Shown one piece after another: positions 56,501 through 64,000 of a DNA stretch of 64,000 nt. This stretch comes from Auanema rhodensis (Eukaryota; Animalia; Nematoda). Location of the stretch: the NCBI GenBank assembly GCA_964057225.1, contig OZ059896.1:1612001-1676000 (forward strand), written 5' to 3'. Position 1 is the stretch's first letter. Each line of letters begins with the position of its first letter. Under the pieces are notes generated by a model, which was not told where the DNA came from, did no database searches, and saw nothing but the letters and a program-made list of their open reading frames with translations. A program made the translations under genes and the position numbers.

Positions 56501-59500
56501 CGAAAAAATTTTTGTCAAAATGTTTTTGGAAGCAATTTTGAGTGTACATGGAAACTCAACATACACTAATGCATCATTTTTCAAACGATCATAACTAATT
56601 TTTGTATTAAGCTTTTCTCAATGAAGTTTAGTGCATTCGATGCGGATTTTTAAGCTGCGTAGATCTGTGTTATCAGATTTGCGCTAGCTTAAAAATGCAC
56701 CGAGATATCAACTGATATAAGTTCACACTTATATCCTCGATTTTCACCCTGAAGAATTAATTTTTTCGTTGAATAACATTGTCTATCGTTTTTGCCTTGA
56801 AAAAAGAAATCTAAAAACATCTACTTTTTGCTAAATTATTTTCAAATTTTTCGAAAAAATTTTTGTCAAAATGTTTTTGGAAGCAATTTTGAGTGTACAT
56901 GGAAACTCAACATACACTAATGCATCATTTTTCAAACGATCATAACTAATTTTTGTATTAAGCGTTTCTCAATGTAGTATAGTGCATTCGATGCGGATTT
57001 TTAAGCTGCGTCGATCTGTACTATCAGATTTGCGCTAGCTTGAAAATGCACCGAGATATCAACTGATATAAGTTCACACCTATATCCTCGATTTTCACCC
57101 TGAAGAATTAATTTTTTCGTTGAATAACATTGTCTATCGTTTTTGCCTTGAAAAAAGGAATCTAAAAACATCTACTTTTTGCTAAATTATTTTGAAATTT
57201 TTCGAAAAAATTTTTGTCAAAATGTTTTTGGAAGCAATTTTGAGTGTACATGGAAACTCAACATACACTAATGCATCATTTTTCAAACGATCATAACTAA
57301 TTTTTGTATTAAGCGTTTCTCAATGTAGTATAGTGCATTCGATGCGGATTTTCAAGCTGCGTCGATCTGTACTATCAGATTTGCGCTAGCTTGAAAATGC
57401 ACCGAGATATCAACTGATATAAGTTCACACTTATATCCTCGATTTTCACCCTGAAGAATTAATTTTTTCGTTGAATAACATTGTCCATCGTTTTTGCTTT
57501 GAAAAAAGGAATCTAAAAACATCTACTTTTTGCTAAATTAATTTCAAATTTTTCGAAAAAATTTTTGTCAAAATGTTTTTGGAAGCAATTTTGAGTGTAC
57601 ATGGAAACTCAACATACACTAATGCATCATTCTTCAATCGATCATAACTAATTTTTGTATTAAGCTTTTCTCAATGAAGTTTAGTGCATTCGATGCGGAT
57701 TTTTAAGCTGCGTAGATCTGTGTTATCAGATTTGCGCTAGCTTAAAAATGCATCGAGATATCAACTGATATAAGTTCACACTTATATCCTCGATTTTCAC
57801 CCTGAAGAATTAATTTTTTAGTTGAATAACATTGTCTATCGTTTTTGCCTTGAAAAAAGGAATCTAAAAACATCTACTTTTTGCTAAATTATTTTGAAAT
57901 TTTTCGAAAAAATTTTTGTCAAAATGTTTTTGGAAGCAATTTTGAGTGTACATGGAAACTCAACATACACTAATGCATCATTTTTCAAACGATCATAACT
58001 AATTTTTGTATTAAGCGTTTCTCAATGTAGTATAGTGCATTCGATGCGGATTTTTAAGCTGCGTCGATCTGTACTATCAGATTTGCGCTAGCTTGAAAAT
58101 GCACCGAGATATCAACTGATATAAGTTCACACCTATATCCTCGATTTTCACCCTGAAGAATTAATTTTTTAGTTGAATAACATTGTCTATCGTTTTTGCC
58201 TTGAAAAAAGGAATCTAAAAACATCTACTTTTTGCTAAATTATTTTGAAATTTTTCGAAAAAATTTTTGTCAAAATGTTTTTGGAAGCAATTTTGAGTGT
58301 ACATGGAAACTCAACATACACTAATGCATCATTTTTCAAACGATCATAACTAATTTTTGTATTAAGCTTTTCTCAATGAAGTTTAGTGCATTCGATGCGG
58401 ATTTTTAAGCTGCGTAGATCTGTGTTATCAGATTTGCGATAGCTTAAAAATGCACCGAGATATCAACTGATATAAGTTCACACTTATATCCTCGATTTTC
58501 ACCCTGAAGAATTAATTTTTTCGTTGAATAACATTGTCTATCGTTTTTGCCTTGAAAAAAGGAATCTAAAAACATCTACTTTTTGCTAAATTATTTTCAA
58601 ATTTTTCGAAAAAATTTTTGTCAAAATGTTTTTGGAAGCAATTATGAGTGTACATGGAAACTCAACATACACTAATGCATCATTTTTCAAACGATCATAA
58701 CTAATTTTTGTATTAAGCGTTTCTCAATGTAGTATAGTGCATTCGATGCGGATTTTTAAGCTGCGTCGATCTGTACTATCAGATTTGCGCTAGCTTGAAA
58801 ATGCACCGAGATATCAACTGATATAAGTTCACACCTATATCCTCGATTTTCACCCTGAAGAATTAATTTTTTCGTTGAATAACATTGTCTATCGTTTTTG
58901 CCTTGAAAAAAGGAATCTAAAAACATCTACTTTTTGCTAAATTATTTTGAAATTTTTCGAAAAAATTTTTGTCAAAATGTTTTTGGAAGCAATTTTGAGT
59001 GTACATGGAAACTCAACATACACTAATGCATCATTTTTCAAACGATCATAACTAATTTTTGTATTAAGCGTTTCTCAATGTAGTATAGTGCATTCGATGC
59101 GGATTTTTAAGCTGCGTCGATCTGTACTATCAGATTTGCGCTAGCTTGAAAATGCACCGAGATATCAACTGATATAAGTTCACACCTATATCCTCGATTT
59201 TCACCCTGAAGAATTAATTTTTTCGTTGAATAACATTGTCTATCGTTTTTGCCTTGAAAAAAGGAATCTAAAAACATCTACTTTTTGCTAAATTATTTTG
59301 AAATTTTTCGAAAAAATTTTTGTCAAAATGTTTTTGGAAGCAATTTTGAGTGTACATGGAAACTCAACATACACTAATGTATCATTTTTCAAACGATCAT
59401 AACTAATTTTTGTATTAAGCGTTTCTCAATGTAGTATAGTGCATTCGATGCGGATTTTTAAGCTGCGTCGATCTGTACTATCAGATTTGCGCTAGCTTGA

Positions 59501-62500
59501 AAATGCACCGAGATATCAACTGATATAAGTTCACACCTATATCCTCGATTTTCACCCTGAAGAATTAATTTTTTCGTTGAATAACATTGTCTATCGTTTT
59601 TGCCTTGAAAAAGGAATCTGAAAACATCTACTTTTTGCTAAATTATTTTGAAATTTTTCGAAAAAATTTTTGTCAAAATGTTTTTGGAAGCAATTTTGAG
59701 TGTACATGGAAACTCAACATACAGTAATGCATCATTTTTCAAACGATCATAACTAATTTTTGTATTAAGCGTTTCTCAATGTAGTATAGTGCATTCGATG
59801 CGGATTTTTAAGCTGCGTCGATCTGTACTATCAGATTTGCGCTAGCTTGAAAATGCACCGAGATATCAACTGATATAAGTTCACACTTATATCCTCGATT
59901 TTCACCCTGAAGAATTAATTTTTTCGTTGAATAACATTGTCCATCGTTTTTGCCTTGAAAAAAGGAATCTAAAAACATCTACTTTTCGCTAAATTATTTT
60001 GAAATTTTTCGAAAAAATTTTTGTCAAAATGTTTTTGGAAGCAATTTTGAGTGTACATGGAAACTCAACATACACTAATGCATCATTTTTCAAACGATCA
60101 TAACTAATTTTTGTATTAAGCGTTTTTCAATGTAGTATAGTGCATTCGATGCGGATTTTTAAGCTGCGTCGATCTGTACTATCAGATTTGCGCTAGCTTG
60201 AAAATGCACCGAGATATCAACTGATATAAGTTCACACTTATATCCTCGATTTTCACCCTGAAGAATTAATTTTTTAGTTGAATAACATTGTCCATCGTTT
60301 TTGCTTTGAAAAAAGGAATCTAAAAACATCTACTTTTTGCTAAATTATTTTGAAATTTTTCGAAAAAATTTTTGTCAAAATGTTTTTGGAAGCAATTTTG
60401 AGTGTACATGGAAACTCAACATACACTAATGCATCATTCTTCAAACGATCATAACTAATTTTTGTATTAAGCTTTTCTCAATGAAGTTTAGTGCATTCGA
60501 TGCGGATTTTTAAGCTGCGTAGATCTGTGTTATCAGATTTGCGCTAGCTTAAAAATGCATCGAGATATCAACTGATATAAGTTCACACTTATATCCTCGA
60601 TTTTCACCCTGAAGAATTAATTTTTTAGTTGAATAACATTGTCTATCGTTTTTGCTTTGAAAAAAGGAATCTAAAAACATCTACTTTTTGCTAAATTATT
60701 TTGAAATTTTTCGAAAAAATTTTTGTCAAAATGTTTTTGGAAGCAATTTTGAGTGTACATGGAAACTCAACATACACTAATGCATCATTTTTCAAACGAT
60801 CATAACTAATTTTTGTATTAAGCGTTTCTCAATGTAGTATAGTGCATTCGATGCGGATTTTTAAGCTGCGTCGATCTGTACTATCAGATTTGCGCTAGCT
60901 TGAAAATGCACCGAGATATCAACTGATATAAGTTCACACTTATATCCTCGATTTTCACCCTGAAGAATTAATTTTTTCGTTGAATAACATTGTCCATCGT
61001 TTTTGCCTTGAAAAAAGGAATCTAAAAACATCTACTTTTTGCTAAATTATTTTCAAATTTTTCGAAAAAATTTTTGTCAAAATGTTTTTGGAAGCAATTT
61101 TGAGTGTACATGGAAACTCAACATACACTAATGCATCATTTTTCAAACGATCATAACTAATTTTTGTATTAAGCGTTTCTCAATGTAGTATAGTGCATTC
61201 GATGCGGATTTTTAAGCTGCGTCGATCTGTACTATCAGATTTGCGCTAGCTTGAAAATGCACCGAGATATCAACTGATATAAGTTCACACTTATATCCTC
61301 GATTTTCACCCTGAAGAATTAATTTTTTCGTTGAATAACATTGTCCATCGTTTTTGCCTTGAAAAAAGGAATCTAAAAACATCTACTTTTTGCTAAATTA
61401 TTTTCAAATTTTTCGAAAAAATTTTTGTCAAAATGTTTTTGGAAGCAATTTTGAGTGTACATGGAAACTCAACATACACTAATGCATCATTTTTCAAACG
61501 ATCATAACTAATTTTTGTATTAAGCTTTTCTCAATGAAGTTTAGTGCATTCGATGCGGATTTTTAAGCTGCGTAGATCTGTGTTATCAGATTTGCGCTAG
61601 CTTAAAAATGCACCGAGATATCAACTGATATAAGTTCACACTTATATCCTCGATTTTCACCCTGAAGAATTAATTTTTTCGTTGAATAACACTGTCCATC
61701 GTTTTTGCCTTGAAAAAAGGAATCTAAAAACATCTACTTTTTGCTAAATTATTTTCAAATTTTTCGAAAAAATTTTTGTCAAAATGTTTTTGGAAGCAAT
61801 TTTGAGTGTACATGGAAACTCAACATACACTAATGCATCATTTTTCAAACGATCATAACTAATTTTTGTATTGAGCGTTTCTCAATGTAGTATAGTGCAT
61901 TCGATGCGGATTTTTAAGCTGCGTCGATCTGTACTATCAGATTTGCGCTAGCTTGAAAATGCACCGAGATATCAACTGATATAAGTTCACACCTATATCC
62001 TCGATTTTCACCCTGAAGAATTAATTTTTTCGTTGAATAACATTGTCTATCGTTTTTGCCTTGAAAAAAGGAATCTAAAAACATCTACTTTTTGCTAAAT
62101 TATTTTCAAATTTTTCGAAAAAATTTTTGTCAAAATGTTTTTGGAAGCAATTATGAGTGTACATGGAAACTCAACATACACTAATGCATCATTTTTCAAA
62201 CGATCATAACTAATTTTTGTATTAAGCGTTTCTCAATGTAGTATAGTGCATTCGATGCGGATTTTTAAGCTGCGTCGATCTGTACTATCAGATTTGCGCT
62301 AGCTTGAAAATGCACCGAGATATCAACTGATATAAGTTCACACCTATATCCTCGATTTTCACCCTGAAGAATTAATTTTTTCGTTGAATAACATTGTCTA
62401 TCGTTTTTGCCTTGAAAAAAGGAATCTAAAAACATCTACTTTTTGCTAAATTATTTTGAAATTTTTCGAAAAAATTTTTGTCAAAATGTTTTTGGAAGCA

Positions 62501-64000
62501 ATTTTGAGTGTACATGGAAACTCAACATACACTAATGCATCATTTTTCAAACGATCATAACTAATTTTTGTATTAAGCGTTTCTCAATGTAGTATAGTGC
62601 ATTCGATGCGGATTTTTAAGCTGCGTCGATCTGTACTATCAGATTTGCGCTAGCTTGAAAATGCACCGAGATATCAACTGATATAAGTTCACACTTATAT
62701 CCTCGATTTTCACCCTGAAGAATTAATTTTTTCGTTGAATAACATTGTCCATCGTTTTTGCCTTGAAAAAAGGAATCTAAAAACATCTACTTTTTGCTAA
62801 ATTATTTTCAAATTTTTCGAAAAAATTTTTGTCAAAATGTTTTTGGAAGCAATTTTGAGTGTACATGGAAACTCAACATACACTAATGCATCATTTTTCA
62901 AACGATCATAACTAATTTTTGTATTAAGCGTTTCTCAATGTAGTATAGTGCATTCGATGCGGATTTTTAAGCTGCGTCGATCTGTACTATCAGATTTGCG
63001 CTAGCTTGAAAATGCACCGAGATATCAACTGATATAAGTTCACACTTATATCCTCGATTTTCACCCTGAAGAATTAATTTTTTCGTTGAATAACATTGTC
63101 CATCGTTTTTGCCTTGAAAAAAGGAATCTAAAAACATCTACTTTTTGCTAAATTATTTTCAAATTTTTCGAAAAAATTTTTGTCAAAATGTTTTTGGAAG
63201 CAATTTTGAGTGTACATGGAAACTCAACATACACTAATGCATCATTTTTCAAACGATCATAACTAATTTTTGTATTAAGCTTTTCTCAATGAAGTTTAGT
63301 GCATTCGATGCGGATTTTTAAGCTGCGTAGATCTGTGTTATCAGATTTGCGCTAGCTTAAAAATGCACCGAGATATCAACTGATATAAGTTCACACTTAT
63401 ATCCTCGATTTTCACCCTGAAGAATTAATTTTTTCGTTGAATAACATTGTCCATCGTTTTTGCCTTGAAAAAAGGAATCTAAAAACATCTACTTTTTGCT
63501 AAATTATTTTGAAATTTTTCGAAAAAATTTTTGTCAAAATGTTTTTGGAAGCAATTTTGAGTGTACATGGAAACTCAACATACACTAATGCATCATTTTT
63601 CAAACGATCATAACTAATTTTTGTATTGAGCGTTTCTCAATGTAGTATAGTGCATTCGATGCGGATTTTTAAGCTGCGTCGATCTGTACTATCAGATTTG
63701 CGCTAGCTTGAAAATGCACCGAGATATCAACTGATATAAGTTCACACTTATATCGTCGATTTTCACCCTGAAGAATTAATTTTTTCGTTGAATAACATTG
63801 TCCATCGTTTTTGCTTTGAAAAAAGGAATCTAAAAACATCTACTTTTTGCTAAATTATTTTCAAATTTTTCGAAAAAATTTTTGTCAAAATGTTTTTGGA
63901 AGCAATTTTGAGTGTACATGGAAACTCAACATACACTAATGCATCATTCTTCAAACGATCATAACTAATTTTTGTATTAAGCTTTTCTCAATGAAGTTTA
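44571..64000. repeat. Right allele domain, X/Y-like monomers lacking the central markers and carrying more private variants
   Basis: No aattaCttt or tttAcgc seen. Own variants include gatttttGacc (+1 bp; 47268, 50779), ggaaActa, ttCagctt/ttaTgct/aaAtaatt, gttcaGac, tttttAgttg, cattCttc, caattAtgag. ttttGaaa becomes common again. Confidence 0.75.
50891..54400. repeat. 4-monomer higher-order repeat (1404 bp) x about 2.5
   Basis: ggaaActa X monomers start at 50891 and 52295, ttCagc/ttaTgct/aaAtaatt monomers at 51593 and 52997, aaCct monomers at 51944 and 53348, acCtat Y monomers at 51242, 52646 and 54050. Confidence 0.8.

Larger units (their letters stand above)
1..64000. repeat. 351-bp tandem satellite DNA array, about 182.4 head-to-tail copies, extending beyond both window edges
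   Basis: 'aaatttttgtcaaaatgtttttggaagc' recurs at 1, 352, 703, 1054 ... in exact 351-bp phase up to 35452 (=1+101x351). The last monomer starts at 63876 (=1+182x351-7). ORF-track hits recur at multiples of 351 (e.g. 2182, 3937, 4990, 6043). No unique sequence or inversion seen. Confidence 0.99.

Noticed and set aside
1-64000. CRISPR array or other repeat-spacer system
   Set aside because: There are no unique spacers. The entire 351 bp is repeated and there are no cas genes or any other genes.
1-64000. Tandem 5S rRNA, tRNA, snRNA or spliced-leader gene array
   Set aside because: No recognisable RNA gene sequence, cloverleaf or Pol III A/B/C boxes in the monomer on either strand.

Overview
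The whole 64 kb is one uninterrupted head-to-tail satellite DNA array, with no genes, RNA genes, CRISPR arrays or transposons that I can support. The monomer is 351 bp and AT-rich (monomer 1: 107/351 G+C, about 30%, hand count). There are 182 complete copies (monomer starts 1, 352, 703 ... 63876) plus a 125-bp partial copy, all in the same orientation and differing only by scattered substitutions and 11 visible 1-bp indels (net -7 bp, which matches the phase of the last monomer). All ORFs in the track are chance products of monomer variants. The structure worth noting is at two levels. (1) The monomer is almost tiled with inverted repeats, including a ~67-nt fold-back with a 22-bp core stem whose consensus mismatches are G.T wobbles on the + strand. 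(2) The variants form three allele domains (about 1-16.1 kb, 16.1-44.6 kb, 44.6-64 kb) with many short, local higher-order repeats (2-, 3-, 4-, 5-, 6-, 7- and 11-mers), one with a breakpoint that resolves to 10 bp. This looks like eukaryotic centromeric or pericentromeric heterochromatin, but I cannot assign organism, satellite family or centromere function from sequence alone. All counts are by eye and should be verified computationally. 'Offset' means position within a monomer phased as at window position 1.
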